DNA from: Klebsiella phage Miami
DNA length: 64,000 nucleotides
Sequence record: MT701590.1
Reading direction: 5' to 3' (one strand)
The position numbers were made by a program, and so were the translations under genes. Shown piece by piece: positions 9,907 to 20,988 of the stretch. The notes under the pieces are model-generated. The model was not told the origin of the DNA, searched no databases, and saw only the letters and a list, made by a program, of their open reading frames with translations. Position 1 is the stretch's first letter. Every line of letters starts with the position of its first letter.

Positions 9907-11397
9907 ATGTCTGAGATTAATCTCGTTTATTATTTAGTGAGTCGAAAAGTAGAAGGTAAGAAAACAGAAAGGGCTTGCGCAGGCGCTTTCGGTTATTCTT
10001 ACGATGTATCCGTGGTGGGTAAGAAGAAGTTACAGAAAGACGTTCCGACTACGGTAGGGTATTATGTCGGGAATACAACGAGCAACGGAACTGTAGTAGA
10101 ACCGATCGATTCTCTTTCTGTGGTTGTTTCGGATAGGGCTCTGGAAATAGAAGCTCAACTGGACTTACTCAAAGTTATTCTGGAGGACGCTGTAGAACAT
10201 GAGGATGTTAAGAACATCGGGTTAATTGGGAAATACCCATTGCTCGAAAAGCTTCTTACAGTGGACCCTTCCAAAATCGTAGAAAAGGAATATAAGTTAG
10301 GTAAAACGGAATTTAATAAAGAGGCAGTTAAATCTCTTACAGATATCCAAGCTCTTATGGATAAACTAAAGGGAAGAAGTAAACTCGTCTTTAACTTCAC
10401 ACTAAGTGTTGAAGGTGGGATGGGCCCTAAGATGGCGTGGCAGTCGGCTGGTATCGCCGAGGTTGAAACGGTTTGGGGAATGGAACCCATCGCGGTTTTA
10501 TACCGTCAACCGATGAAAACTTTCCTTAATCCGGAGAGCGACTTTAACCGCATCATTTGTGGCAGCCGGTGGTATTTTAACACTGGCGAAGGTAACGACT
10601 TCTACGAGCTAAAAGAAGGATACCGCCGGTATGGTTTCGGTAAAGTCGAGAAAGATAAGAAGTATTACGGTAAGCTCACCCCAGATGTGACTTATTCCTC
10701 TTTCTACACACAGACACCGATAGCACTGTTGGATAAGCTTTACGACTATACCGAGAAAAGGACACATAACCCTAAAGGGTTGATGCTCGCCGGGAACATG
10801 CAGTTCGTCAGATCTAAGGAAATAGCCAGGCTTATCGATAACTGCCCTGGGGTAGTGAGAGAAAAGGACTTGATTGTTCCTTTTAGAATGGGTTCTCAGG
10901 ACGAACCTACTTTGGTGGAGCTGATTGACCCGCCTGGACTCACTTACCGGATTTCTGATGTCATGGAAGAACATGACATTATCTTACACAGTTTCTTAAA
11001 TAAAGACGAGTTCAATAAATTCGGGCAATATCAAAAGTTCTACGATATAACGAATGTCATTTTTGAGAAGATCCCAAATAAAAAAGGGGAGATCAAGTTA
11101 AAGCTTCAACCGGACTTCACCCAAAATACCCAAACGTTTAAAGTCAACGTAGAACACCGCAAAGCGGTTAAAGCAGTACCTATAACGTTGAGCGTCGGAT
11201 ACGATTTACCAGAGCGAAATGCGTTTAACTCAGTAAAGGATCCCGATGTTCAAGTTTGGGTTAACATTGACGAAGCCAACGACGGATGTTTGATCTACCG
11301 CATCATTGTTAAAGCGGAAGACTGGATTTACATACATGCGTCCGGATGCGCTAATGTAAGGGTCTTGAATAAAGCCGAGCTAGGTAGAAAAGATTAA
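9907..11397 (+). CDS. hypothetical protein (496 aa)
   Basis: Long ORF preceded by aaaggcc...; no recognisable motif. Confidence 0.55.
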   Translation: MSEINLVYYLVSRKVEGKKTERACAGAFGYSYDVSVVGKKKLQKDVPTTVGYYVGNTTSNGTVVEPIDSLSVVVSDRALEIEAQLDLLKVILEDAVEHEDVKNIGLIGKYPLLEKLLTVDPSKIVEKEYKLGKTEFNKEAVKSLTDIQALMDKLKGRSKLVFNFTLSVEGGMGPKMAWQSAGIAEVETVWGMEPIAVLYRQPMKTFLNPESDFNRIICGSRWYFNTGEGNDFYELKEGYRRYGFGKVEKDKKYYGKLTPDVTYSSFYTQTPIALLDKLYDYTEKRTHNPKGLMLAGNMQFVRSKEIARLIDNCPGVVREKDLIVPFRMGSQDEPTLVELIDPPGLTYRISDVMEEHDIILHSFLNKDEFNKFGQYQKFYDITNVIFEKIPNKKGEIKLKLQPDFTQNTQTFKVNVEHRKAVKAVPITLSVGYDLPERNAFNSVKDPDVQVWVNIDEANDGCLIYRIIVKAEDWIYIHASGCANVRVLNKAELGRKD

Positions 11398-11407
11398 CTT
11401 GGTTGAA

Positions 11408-11443
11408 TATAACAGTTAGGGTCGTGAGACCCTAACTGTTATA
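11408..11443. terminator. bidirectional hairpin between convergent genes
   Basis: tataacagttagggtc-gtga-gaccctaactgttata. Confidence 0.5.
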
Positions 11444-11447
11444 CTAT

Positions 11448-12245
11448 TTACTTTAATTTACCCAGTTCTGCTGTTTGAGATTCAAAAACAGCAGTCAGCT
11501 CATTTAAGAGAACCAACCCAGCGCCAGTAACATTAATCAACGTGTTGTACGTATTAATGGTATCCTGGAGTGTTTTTAAACTATCCTTGTCGAAGACCAA
11601 CTGGGACGTTTTGATCTTGTCGACGATGATATTCCCCAGGTGATAAACTTCGTCAATACGATCAGCGAGGGAACGAATGTCCGAGGACTTAATACCCGAT
11701 ACCGCTCCATTGAAATGTTCGACAGTATCGTAGAAGGATTTGAACGAATCGTAAAACTGATTAAGCCGATGGTGGGTATTGCGAGAAGACTGAATCCCTT
11801 CCATAAAGGACTGCAGGTCGTTGGCCAGCGTATCCGTCTTGGTGACGCTGAACCAGAACGAAGAACCGACTGTCCCCGTCTTAGCAACGTCTTTCAGCCA
11901 CTTGTAAATGCGACCGGATTCCGTTAACGCGGTAGAAAGCAGCAGCGCAGTGGAAGAAACCATTTTAACATAATAGCTCCATTCTGTTTTCTCCGGATCA
12001 AAATAAGCCGGACCGGTCAAAGGAACCATTGTATGTTTAAAGTAATTTACTGTGGCGAGGTGTTTGGCTGTCTTGCCGTAATCGATGGTGTGGGCCGATG
12101 ATTTAAGTTGACGAAACGCCTCTTTAAATCCACGTGATATTTCGGTCATTTTAAGTGAAAGAGACTCACCGACAGAAAGTTTTTCAGAACCGTCTATACC
12201 GAAAATAACAGGTTGCTTAACCTGTTCGATAAAACTGTTATTCAT
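11448..12245 (-). CDS. hypothetical protein
   Basis: 265-aa ORF; nested ORFs in other frames are ignored. Confidence 0.5.
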   Translation of the reverse strand: MNNSFIEQVKQPVIFGIDGSEKLSVGESLSLKMTEISRGFKEAFRQLKSSAHTIDYGKTAKHLATVNYFKHTMVPLTGPAYFDPEKTEWSYYVKMVSSTALLLSTALTESGRIYKWLKDVAKTGTVGSSFWFSVTKTDTLANDLQSFMEGIQSSRNTHHRLNQFYDSFKSFYDTVEHFNGAVSGIKSSDIRSLADRIDEVYHLGNIIVDKIKTSQLVFDKDSLKTLQDTINTYNTLINVTGAGLVLLNELTAVFESQTAELGKLK

Positions 12246-12304
12246 TACTGGCGCTCCGTATTATTAGGTCAATAGCGTTTTTCATAGAATCCAAGAGGTA
12301 AACG

Positions 12305-13759
12305 ATGAGTACCCCTTTTCAATTTTTACAAAATGTAAAAAGCAGCCCGATGGTTCACATCGGTTTTAACTATAGTCCGCTTTTTGATATGATCAATGGC
12401 CGATTCTTTAAGGGATACGACGAACAGTATTACCTGAACGGTGGGATCATGGACAACAACGCCACAGTAGGAGGAAGCAACACGCAGAAAACCGGACAGT
12501 TGGTATTTGCCTGCCGTCGTTTCCTGCAGCGATTCCCTATGGGGGTAATCATCTATGTTGACAGCGAGTCCACGTTAGATATTGGGCGATTGGCTGATGC
12601 TGTCGATGCTGATTTCGGCATCCCTGGGTACTTCTACGATGAGATCTTCGACAAACGGTTCATCTATAAAACGAGTAAAGATGAATTCGATGGTACCGCT
12701 TTCCACAATCTCATCAAAGACGCTTACAACAACTTCAAGGACAACAAAGATAACCCGGACATGTATGTCCAAACTCCGTTCCTGGATAAAGAAAATAAAC
12801 GGATCAAATGTATTGCGCCGATCATGGTTATCTGTGATTCTTTAAGCGACCTTCGTTTCACCGAGGCTTCCGCCAAATTCACAGAAGGTGACGTGGACGA
12901 GGGTGGTAAGAAACGTACTCGTGATATGGAGTTCGGTAACCTCAAACGCGTTGTCTTTGAAGACTCCAGCAACCTGGGTGGCATCGCCGGCCTCAGACTG
13001 TGGTGGGTGGGTCAGATCGCCGACATGATTAATATGGACGGGAAGCCGATGGAGAAACAGTCCACCTTCATCCGTCCAGGTAAGAAAATCGCCAAGTGCC
13101 CTAAAGCAATTCTCCAGTTACCGAGTATCGGTTATGAGATCATTAAAGGTAGTGGGTTGAAAGTCGATCAAGAATGGATGTACCCGAATCCATTCGGTCG
13201 CGATGTTGTTATCGACGCCGACGCCAGAGAAAACCCGGATTTATTACTTTACAGCTTTACAATGTATCGTAATAAAGGCGGGAGTTCCGGACTACAATGT
13301 TCGTTCATCGGTTCTCAGTCAGACGGGATCCAGGAAGGACTGAGCATGTATCACACCATTAAAACCGACGGTTATTTCGGTTTAAGTGTGGGTAGTAAAG
13401 TCAGCCACGCTTGTGACCTCATGCCGGACCTTAAGGTTGGTCGAACCACCATTCGTAAAATCGTCAATGAGAACCACCAATTCTACAGGGCGATTACTAT
13501 CTGTTACCAGATGTGGTTCATGCAGAACTATTGGATGCGTTTGGATCACAAATACCGCATGACGCCAGCCGAATTATATGCGAAGGTGGCTGAAGCCGGT
13601 TACGACTGGACAGAACTATTGGAAAACTCCGTCGATTACTGGCATCTCAACCCGGACATCAAGAAACATACTCTGACCACCATGCAGCTGTTGGCTGTTG
13701 CGTGCGGAGAAGGTTCTATTCCGTGGGCTTCTAATCGTTTATTAAAGCAAGCGGCATAA
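12305..13759 (+). CDS. hypothetical protein (484 aa)
   Basis: Long ORF with an upstream agaggtaaacg SD. Confidence 0.55.
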   Translation: MSTPFQFLQNVKSSPMVHIGFNYSPLFDMINGRFFKGYDEQYYLNGGIMDNNATVGGSNTQKTGQLVFACRRFLQRFPMGVIIYVDSESTLDIGRLADAVDADFGIPGYFYDEIFDKRFIYKTSKDEFDGTAFHNLIKDAYNNFKDNKDNPDMYVQTPFLDKENKRIKCIAPIMVICDSLSDLRFTEASAKFTEGDVDEGGKKRTRDMEFGNLKRVVFEDSSNLGGIAGLRLWWVGQIADMINMDGKPMEKQSTFIRPGKKIAKCPKAILQLPSIGYEIIKGSGLKVDQEWMYPNPFGRDVVIDADARENPDLLLYSFTMYRNKGGSSGLQCSFIGSQSDGIQEGLSMYHTIKTDGYFGLSVGSKVSHACDLMPDLKVGRTTIRKIVNENHQFYRAITICYQMWFMQNYWMRLDHKYRMTPAELYAKVAEAGYDWTELLENSVDYWHLNPDIKKHTLTTMQLLAVACGEGSIPWASNRLLKQAA

Positions 13760-13765
13760 TTTGAA

Positions 13766-13783
13766 GGGGAGGGAGACCTCCCC
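13766..13783 (+). terminator. short GC hairpin terminator
   Basis: ggggagg-gaga-cctcccc followed by ctacttttattattt. Confidence 0.4.
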
Positions 13784-13814
13784 CTACTTTTATTATTTAA
13801 GGATTATTAGGGTT

Positions 13815-14183
13815 ATGATTAAACCAGAACTAACCATTTTGATTGTCTCGGATTCTAACTTTAAGAATCTTTGTGATGACCCGACGAGTTATGTCGAAAA
13901 GCTCTACGGGATCTTAAACAATCGGTATAAGGTTCCTATCAAGATCATTACGGTCAGTGGCCGTTACGGACTCAGCGCAATCGATAGTAACATTGAGACG
14001 CTCGATGTTGAAGATCGCAATAAGACGCTGTTCACCCAAACTATCGAGAACCACGCAGCGGTATTTGACGAACTGCAGATCATTTCTTTAAGTAACATCG
14101 TGGATCCCTTTATAGAAGGTGTAGCGGACACCATGAGTGCGTTACAAAAGAACATTACTCGTTATTCGTACAAACGTAAGTAG
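13815..14183 (+). CDS. hypothetical protein
   Basis: Table start 13761 lies inside the hairpin; start refined to ATG 13815, which follows aagga (MIKPELTIL...). Confidence 0.45.
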   Translation: MIKPELTILIVSDSNFKNLCDDPTSYVEKLYGILNNRYKVPIKIITVSGRYGLSAIDSNIETLDVEDRNKTLFTQTIENHAAVFDELQIISLSNIVDPFIEGVADTMSALQKNITRYSYKRK

Positions 14184-14189
14184 GTTAAC

Positions 14190-14864
14190 ATGGGTAACAG
14201 AAAAGCTGCCGAAGACGTTATTTTGGATTTCGTGGGTAAACTCACTAAAGGTGGGTTTAACCTGAAGGTCTATACCGACCTTTTTAAAAACATGAACGAC
14301 GCTCAGTTTGAACAGTTCATCGATAAGATCGATAAACAAGGCGGTATGCCGCTATGGACGTCCAACTGGGATAAGAACGAGCACATCGAATACGACACTG
14401 TCCTCGGACTAGCCAAAGAATACGGGGTAGAACTCGAGACCCAACTCATTATCACCGATGAAGACACTGGTGTAGAACTCATTACACCAGAAACTTATTT
14501 GGTCGGGATAGCCGAGATCCGTAAACAGCGTCAGATGCTCGTCAAAAAGTTTGGGGCCGCTAAAGACGATACCAGCACCGACGACTTAACGGGTCAGGTT
14601 GTTGGGGATAGCCGAGGGACAGGTATTTCCTCCCCAGAGATTAAGATCCTTATGGCGCTCGGACTCAACACCGTGGCAAAAGAGATCTACGATGTCAAAG
14701 GCGGTGATGAAAAGGCATTGGACGTTTACAGAACAGAACTCATGGAGACTGGATCAACTAACGTTAACAACGCCTTGAAGCGGGGCAGTGGTGTCAAATC
14801 CCTTCAGACCACCCACTATCTGTTTAACGCCAGACACATCGAAAACAATATCGATAAGAGGTAA
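14190..14864 (+). CDS. hypothetical protein
   Basis: ORF with a taggttaac SD; packed in an array. Confidence 0.5.
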   Translation: MGNRKAAEDVILDFVGKLTKGGFNLKVYTDLFKNMNDAQFEQFIDKIDKQGGMPLWTSNWDKNEHIEYDTVLGLAKEYGVELETQLIITDEDTGVELITPETYLVGIAEIRKQRQMLVKKFGAAKDDTSTDDLTGQVVGDSRGTGISSPEIKILMALGLNTVAKEIYDVKGGDEKALDVYRTELMETGSTNVNNALKRGSGVKSLQTTHYLFNARHIENNIDKR

Positions 14865-14866
14865 CG

Positions 14867-15295
14867 ATGGAACACATCAATCGAGCCGTAGAGGTCTGGG
14901 CTCAAGAATTTGCAACGCTGGCAGAAATCGACGAACTCAAAGTTCTGCAAGATGCGATCAGTAATGCGATCATTACGAAGAGCATCCTTTCTTTTGATGA
15001 AGGCGTTTCTGAGCTCGAGCAAAGTTTATCCGCCCAGCCTGAATACTACGATCAAATCCATGGTGTGATCTTCCGGCTATTGGCTGAGGTTCCTTTGGAT
15101 AAGCTTAAAGCTGAACTTAACGAGATCGTTACGGAAATGAATGAAACCGGGTATTTCAAACACTTACGCCCCACTCTGGATACTCCGATGGATGTTTTCT
15201 GTTTCGTTTTAAAGATCTACTACAAACAGATCATTGCGGAGCTGGGTCGACACATTCAAATCCCTACGAAGAAAACTCGCCCTACCAACGTGTAA
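14867..15295 (+). CDS. hypothetical protein
   Basis: ORF starting 2 nt after the previous stop. Confidence 0.5.
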   Translation: MEHINRAVEVWAQEFATLAEIDELKVLQDAISNAIITKSILSFDEGVSELEQSLSAQPEYYDQIHGVIFRLLAEVPLDKLKAELNEIVTEMNETGYFKHLRPTLDTPMDVFCFVLKIYYKQIIAELGRHIQIPTKKTRPTNV

Positions 15296-15304
15296 AGGAT
15301 TCTC

Positions 15305-16003
15305 ATGAACACGCTTAACGTTTACACCGAACTCGATTCACTTTTTGATTCCCGGCGTGCGACTTTGGAATCACTCCTCCCTAGTAATGAAACCTGGGAA
15401 GGTGTTTACGCCAAGCAGTATAAAGAACGTAAGCTGGATCTATTCGAACGAAAAGAACTCGGGATAACCCAATCCATTTACGAACAGGCTTATGACAAAA
15501 GAGACCTGTCTTTGTTCACCAACATCAAACCGACTCAAGTACTGAGCAAGCTCCTGCTGTTAGTACTGGATAGCGAACAACTGGTCGGTAAACCAATCGC
15601 TTTAAACGTCGTCAACATCACCATTAATCTTTATCCCTACGATCTTGACGAAGATTTGGTTAACGAGTTAGAAAAGAATATCAAACAAGCTTTGGTTTTC
15701 AAAAATGAACTCACTTTTGTTTCCAAACCTCCTACCGAACTCGATGCGAAATATTTTAAAAACTTTGATAACGTTTTTAAATACGACATCCTGATCGGTA
15801 AAGATTCTAAAACGTTCATGGAATCCTTAGCGAAAACTCCTATTAAAGACACGAAGTTCTTCGTACCGGATCTTTACGTTAAACAACCGGATAACGGGAT
15901 CGTTTGCTCCCCTGAAGAACTTGTTGAAAGTTTTAGTTTAGTGCTTGCGCCAGCGCTTACATTACTTTGCGTCCGACATAGCGTTTATGATTACATGGAA
16001 TAA
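15305..16003 (+). CDS. hypothetical protein
   Basis: ORF with an aaaggattctc SD. Confidence 0.5.
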   Translation: MNTLNVYTELDSLFDSRRATLESLLPSNETWEGVYAKQYKERKLDLFERKELGITQSIYEQAYDKRDLSLFTNIKPTQVLSKLLLLVLDSEQLVGKPIALNVVNITINLYPYDLDEDLVNELEKNIKQALVFKNELTFVSKPPTELDAKYFKNFDNVFKYDILIGKDSKTFMESLAKTPIKDTKFFVPDLYVKQPDNGIVCSPEELVESFSLVLAPALTLLCVRHSVYDYME

Positions 16004-16034
16004 CAGGAGAGAGGGCAATGCCCTCTCTCCCATT

Positions 16035-16529
16035 TTATACTGATGGCTTAACAATTTCACCTTCAAAGTCAACTGATATGGCGCCCATATCAAGTTCTTT
16101 GTCTTTGATCCTGCCGATATCGGCAAGTTGTGAAAGAGGAACATTAGGATCCAGGAAGGTAGGTTGACCTGGCGCGAAACTAGGAAGTTTTAATTCACCG
16201 GTGCTTAATGACTGAAGTGCGTCGACCATTTGTTTGAATGAAACTTTGTTGTCTTCATTCTCTTTTTTCTTCGCACGTTCTTTTCGATCATCCCTTACTG
16301 ATTTTTCAAGTTGGGTCAGCAAGGAGGAGATCGCTTCCAGTAGTTTAGGATCACCTGGTTTATTGGAGTAAGCCATAGAGGCGATGTCCAGTATCATACT
16401 ACGGTGCGACTGCACTGCCTGAATGAGCTGAGTCTGTTCAATATCTTCGTCAGTCGGATGGAGAGCAGCATTGATTGCAGACATCACCTTTTCTATCCGT
16501 ATCTGAACGGGTGCTTTTTCGTCCATCAT
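16035..16529 (-). CDS. hypothetical protein
   Basis: 164-aa ORF convergent with 15305..16003. Confidence 0.5.
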   Translation of the reverse strand: MMDEKAPVQIRIEKVMSAINAALHPTDEDIEQTQLIQAVQSHRSMILDIASMAYSNKPGDPKLLEAISSLLTQLEKSVRDDRKERAKKKENEDNKVSFKQMVDALQSLSTGELKLPSFAPGQPTFLDPNVPLSQLADIGRIKDKELDMGAISVDFEGEIVKPSV

Positions 16530-16599
16530 AATTTTTTAAACCTACATTATCTGAGTAGTGGAATAAATAAAATGTTTTTAGCCCTTAGGGAACGTTAAC

Positions 16600-17193
16600 A
16601 TGCTTAAGAAATTTTTCAACTGGCTGGGGTTTAAAAGCAAATCGATAGGTAAGGCAGATACCCCGTTAGACGTCATAGAACGCATCAGGGAAGGCTTTCT
16701 TCCTAAGAACATGCGAAGCTTAGATAAACCTTTGTCTCTTCTATACGATTTAATTAAGACGCTTCCTGAGCTGGAATACAATGATTATAAAAAGTTACAG
16801 CGTAACACAGTTAAGGTTAGATCGCTGAGTTCGTTAGACATGTTCCATCTTTTAAAATCATCGGTTTTATCCAGCCAAGCAGAATATATGGATGCGGTGC
16901 AACGTTTAAATAGTGTCGCTACCGAAAGGCCCTTTCTTCATTGGTACTCTGGAGAGGAAAGCGCTGTCGCACTTAACGAATTGTTTTTAAAACTTCTACC
17001 TAAAATAATCCTTTTCCACCAACTTAACAACCAGAGTACATTTCAGCAGAATGAAGACATGGGTGGATTTACGAATATCGAAATCCGGTTCTTTAGTTCT
17101 GTTCAGCTAAGATATATGGTCGAAGACTATATTAGCATGTTGGAAGTGTTACTCTCACATCATTTTGGAGGCTCGGTTGAAGAAGCCCACTAA
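16600..17193 (+). CDS. hypothetical protein
   Basis: ORF with an agggaacg SD. Confidence 0.5.
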   Translation: MLKKFFNWLGFKSKSIGKADTPLDVIERIREGFLPKNMRSLDKPLSLLYDLIKTLPELEYNDYKKLQRNTVKVRSLSSLDMFHLLKSSVLSSQAEYMDAVQRLNSVATERPFLHWYSGEESAVALNELFLKLLPKIILFHQLNNQSTFQQNEDMGGFTNIEIRFFSSVQLRYMVEDYISMLEVLLSHHFGGSVEEAH

Positions 17194-17593
17194 ACATCCT
17201 GTAGAACTTGAAATCTCTAAGTTGTCCAATAACTCATGTGCCGACAGTGATCTGGCCGACGAGCCCGCAAGGTTATTCCGTAAGCTTTTACGTAAACTTA
17301 ACATGAATGTTGACAAGCTCTGTTTGCTTATGAACGAATATGTTAAGTGGACCGTGACGGGAGAGGACGAGGCTGAAATCAGAAAAAGACGTTCCTACAC
17401 AATGGGGAATATTAAAGACACTTACTTTAAGAACCCCACACTGACTTTCAGCAAACTTATCGAGGGATTAAGTATCCTGAGAATGAGCAAAGTGGAAGTT
17501 ATTCTACGGGTCTACGATAAGAAAGGTAACATGACCGAGGTTTCAGAAACTGTGAGAATCATCAGTAGCCCCGACGACAAAAAAGACGATTAA
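17165..17593 (+). CDS. hypothetical protein
   Basis: ORF overlapping the previous 3' end; the true start may be downstream. Confidence 0.4.
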   Translation: MEARLKKPTKHPVELEISKLSNNSCADSDLADEPARLFRKLLRKLNMNVDKLCLLMNEYVKWTVTGEDEAEIRKRRSYTMGNIKDTYFKNPTLTFSKLIEGLSILRMSKVEVILRVYDKKGNMTEVSETVRIISSPDDKKDD

Positions 17594-17605
17594 TCTTATA
17601 GCCCG

Positions 17606-17633
17606 AATACTCCTACCTTAGGGTAGGAGTATT
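17606..17633 (+). terminator. terminator (CTCCTAC family)
   Basis: aatactcctacc-ttag-ggtaggagtatt followed by a T-rich stretch. Confidence 0.55.
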
Positions 17634-17665
17634 TAACCCTATTATTTATTTTTTAGGATATCGTC

Positions 17666-18784
17666 ATGGACTTAAATCCCAGCACTATTTTCGACAATAT
17701 CAATTTTAATTCTCCAGTAGAAGACATCAAAAAAGAAGCGGATACTAAACTCGCTGATTTAAAAGGTAGCGTTCTTAACCCTATCAGCTCTAGTACCGCA
17801 AGGATTAAAGACGGGATCGCCCTGTTAAACAACATGGACACTAAGTTTAAGCAAGCGGTGACGGAATTTAAATCTGACGTCATGGGCGTTGCCAACAGTA
17901 TTATCGGTACCCTTCAAGATGGGTACTTCACCATTAATGAATTAGTAAGTATGGTCATAGGTGCTTATACCAGCCTGACTAATCTTGCTAACATTGGGGA
18001 CGATCTAAAATCCATACTGGGGACTAACGTCAGCAATATCGACGGGTTCTTAGATCGGTTCAGCAACATCTTCGTCAACAGCATTAACACGAAGGTAAGA
18101 GCTAGCGGGTACAAATCCAACACGGTTAGTAAAGGTGGCGAATTCCTCACCATCACTCAGAGTAATAACAATCCGTCTTCTCAAGCCATCATCGCAGCGT
18201 TGGGCAAGCTGTCAGTAGGTGATCTTCAGGATTCTTACGATAGTTCAGTTTCTACCGCGGTATACAGCACCCTCTTAGCACAAGCCGTTTCCAGTGGATT
18301 GACTTCTTCCTACGCCGATCTTTATAACAAGATCACGGATAAAACCGAAGCCGATAAGGCAGTTGTCTCAGCAATAGGTAACGCCCTTGCTAACGGCGAT
18401 CTGACTTCAATTGAAAATCTCTTAGCGTTGATTACTAACAGCGGAGCGAAACTCACTATTGGTTCCACCTATCCCAATGCTGCCGAAACCCTGTTAAGTA
18501 AATATAAACCTCTGGATTCTCAAGATGTTTCAGATTACCCGGCTATCTCCGAACAGCTGAAAACTATCTTGGTTCTCTTTGGGGGAGTGAATTGGTGGAA
18601 GGTTTACACCGCGTTAGGTTGGGTTCCTAATTTACTTATCGCTTCTAAGCTCTCAAGTAGCGTCAGAGATATTTGGATGGAAGACTCTGAACTCTTTGCA
18701 TTAGTGGCTTGCAAAGGTTTCTTTAAAGAGATGACCGCACGTAAAGCCTTCTTAACCAACTTTCCACAAACCCCGATAAGTTAA
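17666..18784 (+). CDS. hypothetical protein, possibly structural
   Basis: 372-aa ORF with an aggatatcgtc SD; rich in Ser/Thr/Asn like virion proteins. Confidence 0.5.
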   Translation: MDLNPSTIFDNINFNSPVEDIKKEADTKLADLKGSVLNPISSSTARIKDGIALLNNMDTKFKQAVTEFKSDVMGVANSIIGTLQDGYFTINELVSMVIGAYTSLTNLANIGDDLKSILGTNVSNIDGFLDRFSNIFVNSINTKVRASGYKSNTVSKGGEFLTITQSNNNPSSQAIIAALGKLSVGDLQDSYDSSVSTAVYSTLLAQAVSSGLTSSYADLYNKITDKTEADKAVVSAIGNALANGDLTSIENLLALITNSGAKLTIGSTYPNAAETLLSKYKPLDSQDVSDYPAISEQLKTILVLFGGVNWWKVYTALGWVPNLLIASKLSSSVRDIWMEDSELFALVACKGFFKEMTARKAFLTNFPQTPIS

Positions 18785-18819
18785 ATAACTACCGTCTCCC
18801 AAAGGGAGACGGTAGTTAT
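18785..18819. terminator. bidirectional terminator between convergent genes
   Basis: ataactaccgtctccc-aaa-gggagacggtagttat followed by a T9 run nearby. Confidence 0.55.
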
Positions 18820-18837
18820 AATTAGATCATTTTTTTT

Positions 18838-20988
18838 TTATCTTGGGAATTGTTGGTGGAAAAGGCGTCCGACATCATTTAGGATCGAGTCGTTCACGAT
18901 ACCCGCGATATTACCCGCAGAAACAGACTGACTTATCGAGTTCTTAGCCGTGGTTAATCTCCTTGATAATTTGTTCCATCTTAAAACGGTATCAAGGTAA
19001 TCCGACCCGGATAATCTCGTAATGTAGTCGGTATATTTCCCGGTATCGATCAACATCCTGTTAACCGCTTCAGCAGGGTTCGTCATATCGAGTAAAGAGA
19101 CTGCCCTGGAGATAGGAAGCGAGACATGTTTCTCTAAATCGACAAAGGAGATATCAACGGTACAGTTCAACGGTTTACGGTCTTTCTTCCAACCACCAAC
19201 ACCTTGTCCAAAGGAGATCGTTGCGGAATCGACCATACACGTTCTCATGATGGCACGACTCTTAGAAAAGATCTTACACAGGAAGGGCGATGTGTGAGCT
19301 GAAGGACCCGCGCTTAACGGCAGAATGATCGGCATCAATAATGATAGCGGAACCCAGATATTCATCAGTTGCGAATAAGGGTGTGCGTAAGTCGCCTCAA
19401 AATAGAAACGATAAGTTTCTTTATGTAGGTTCGCTGACGATTCGGCCCAGTGATCCGGAATGTTGATATAAGAGTTGTTCATTAACGCCATGGGAATGTT
19501 AGCGATCCCTATAGAGTTAATCCCACCCATAGCGACTTCTTTCAATCCACTAATAACGCCGTCAACAACACCTACACCTGTCATGCCTCCGGCTAGATCA
19601 AAACGAAGATCGTTAGCCGCCTTTGACATACTGTTGAATTTATCCGCTACGGCTGACTGAGTGGCAGAGCTAGAGAAGTTATCCGTTACCTCACCTAAAT
19701 GTTCTACTCGCCAAGTAATAGCATCTAACCCGCCGTACCAGGAAGTCTTAACGAGATCAGCAACCTGTCCCGCCCACGAAGAGTCAGTGACGTTATCCGT
19801 AGCCGCGGTTAATCTCGCTGTAACGGATTCCAGACTCTCCGAAGCAGAGGAGAACTCACCTTGCCCAGAAGAGGCCGTGGTGGTCGTTCCGCTTCCGTCA
19901 GTATTCATTGACGAAGCATCAGATGGTGCGGTAGTCGCTGTCCCTGTCCCGGTCGTATCCGTGGTAATTGCTTGCGGGAGTATGCTCGTGTAAGCATCTT
20001 GATCGGTAAACGCCGAGGCTTTCTCCGGGTAATACCCTTCTTCTTTAGCACGATATTTACCGGTGGTGTTCAATTCCTTTTGCATCAACTCATTGACACC
20101 ATACTGTTTCCCAGAGAGAGTTTCGGCATTGAACTGGATGTTTTTGGCAATATCTGCCATCGCATCGTATTTTTCCTGAGCGGAGTTAATGATGCGTTCG
20201 TTGAGCTTCTCAATTTCGGATAAGAACTTCCGATATTTCCTCGTCCCTAGTGAGACCAGTCGAATAACGTCTATTGTTCCGTCGTCGTTAATACAGTCCG
20301 GAAATAATGCGTTTAATCGCGCTATTTCATTATAGTAATTCCCGGCTTCTTCTGGGTCAACACCATTGATAGGTGCTCCTGGCGGTTTCTTAATAGCAAG
20401 AACGGGTTTTATAAATCCTTGAGCTGTAGCAACGTCGTTTAAGAAGTTATTAGCTGCAGTCAGGTACATCCCCATGCTAGGCTTCACGTAATAATACTGA
20501 TTGCGCGGGGTATCCATGAGGAAGTCTAAGAACGTCATCCCGATACTGATCAGCTGGATGGGCCAGAATGCCAAAGTCCCTAACCCCTGACCGAAGTAGA
20601 AAGCCAGGCTGGGGCTACGACCTTTATTAGCCTGAATAGCCGCTACTGGGTCGAACATGCGTTCTAAGAAAGTCAGTATCCCTGTGAATTCCGGAACCCC
20701 AACAGTGATAGTAAGAAGAGACGCATTATCGTCATAGATCTTCTTATACTGTGTTCCCATCCCGCCGTATGAGGAAGACAAAAATTGGGAATAACGCGGG
20801 TCTGTTGCCGGTCCAAATTGAGGGACTGGGTTGATGTACCGATTATCCCCAATCGCACTACTGAAAAAGTTGTAATAAAGGTCTTTGTTAAGGTGATCTC
20901 GGATAGTGACGTTATCTATCCCAGTGCACATTAATTTGAAAGACTTAGCGATGAGATTTCTATCTCGTAAAGATATGCTGTTAGCCAC
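18838..20988 (-). CDS. hypothetical virion protein (716 aa)
   Basis: Long ORF immediately downstream (minus strand) of the giant virion gene; contains a low-complexity T/G/S linker (TGTGTATTAPSDASS...). Confidence 0.55.
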   Translation of the reverse strand: MANSISLRDRNLIAKSFKLMCTGIDNVTIRDHLNKDLYYNFFSSAIGDNRYINPVPQFGPATDPRYSQFLSSSYGGMGTQYKKIYDDNASLLTITVGVPEFTGILTFLERMFDPVAAIQANKGRSPSLAFYFGQGLGTLAFWPIQLISIGMTFLDFLMDTPRNQYYYVKPSMGMYLTAANNFLNDVATAQGFIKPVLAIKKPPGAPINGVDPEEAGNYYNEIARLNALFPDCINDDGTIDVIRLVSLGTRKYRKFLSEIEKLNERIINSAQEKYDAMADIAKNIQFNAETLSGKQYGVNELMQKELNTTGKYRAKEEGYYPEKASAFTDQDAYTSILPQAITTDTTGTGTATTAPSDASSMNTDGSGTTTTASSGQGEFSSASESLESVTARLTAATDNVTDSSWAGQVADLVKTSWYGGLDAITWRVEHLGEVTDNFSSSATQSAVADKFNSMSKAANDLRFDLAGGMTGVGVVDGVISGLKEVAMGGINSIGIANIPMALMNNSYINIPDHWAESSANLHKETYRFYFEATYAHPYSQLMNIWVPLSLLMPIILPLSAGPSAHTSPFLCKIFSKSRAIMRTCMVDSATISFGQGVGGWKKDRKPLNCTVDISFVDLEKHVSLPISRAVSLLDMTNPAEAVNRMLIDTGKYTDYITRLSGSDYLDTVLRWNKLSRRLTTAKNSISQSVSAGNIAGIVNDSILNDVGRLFHQQFPR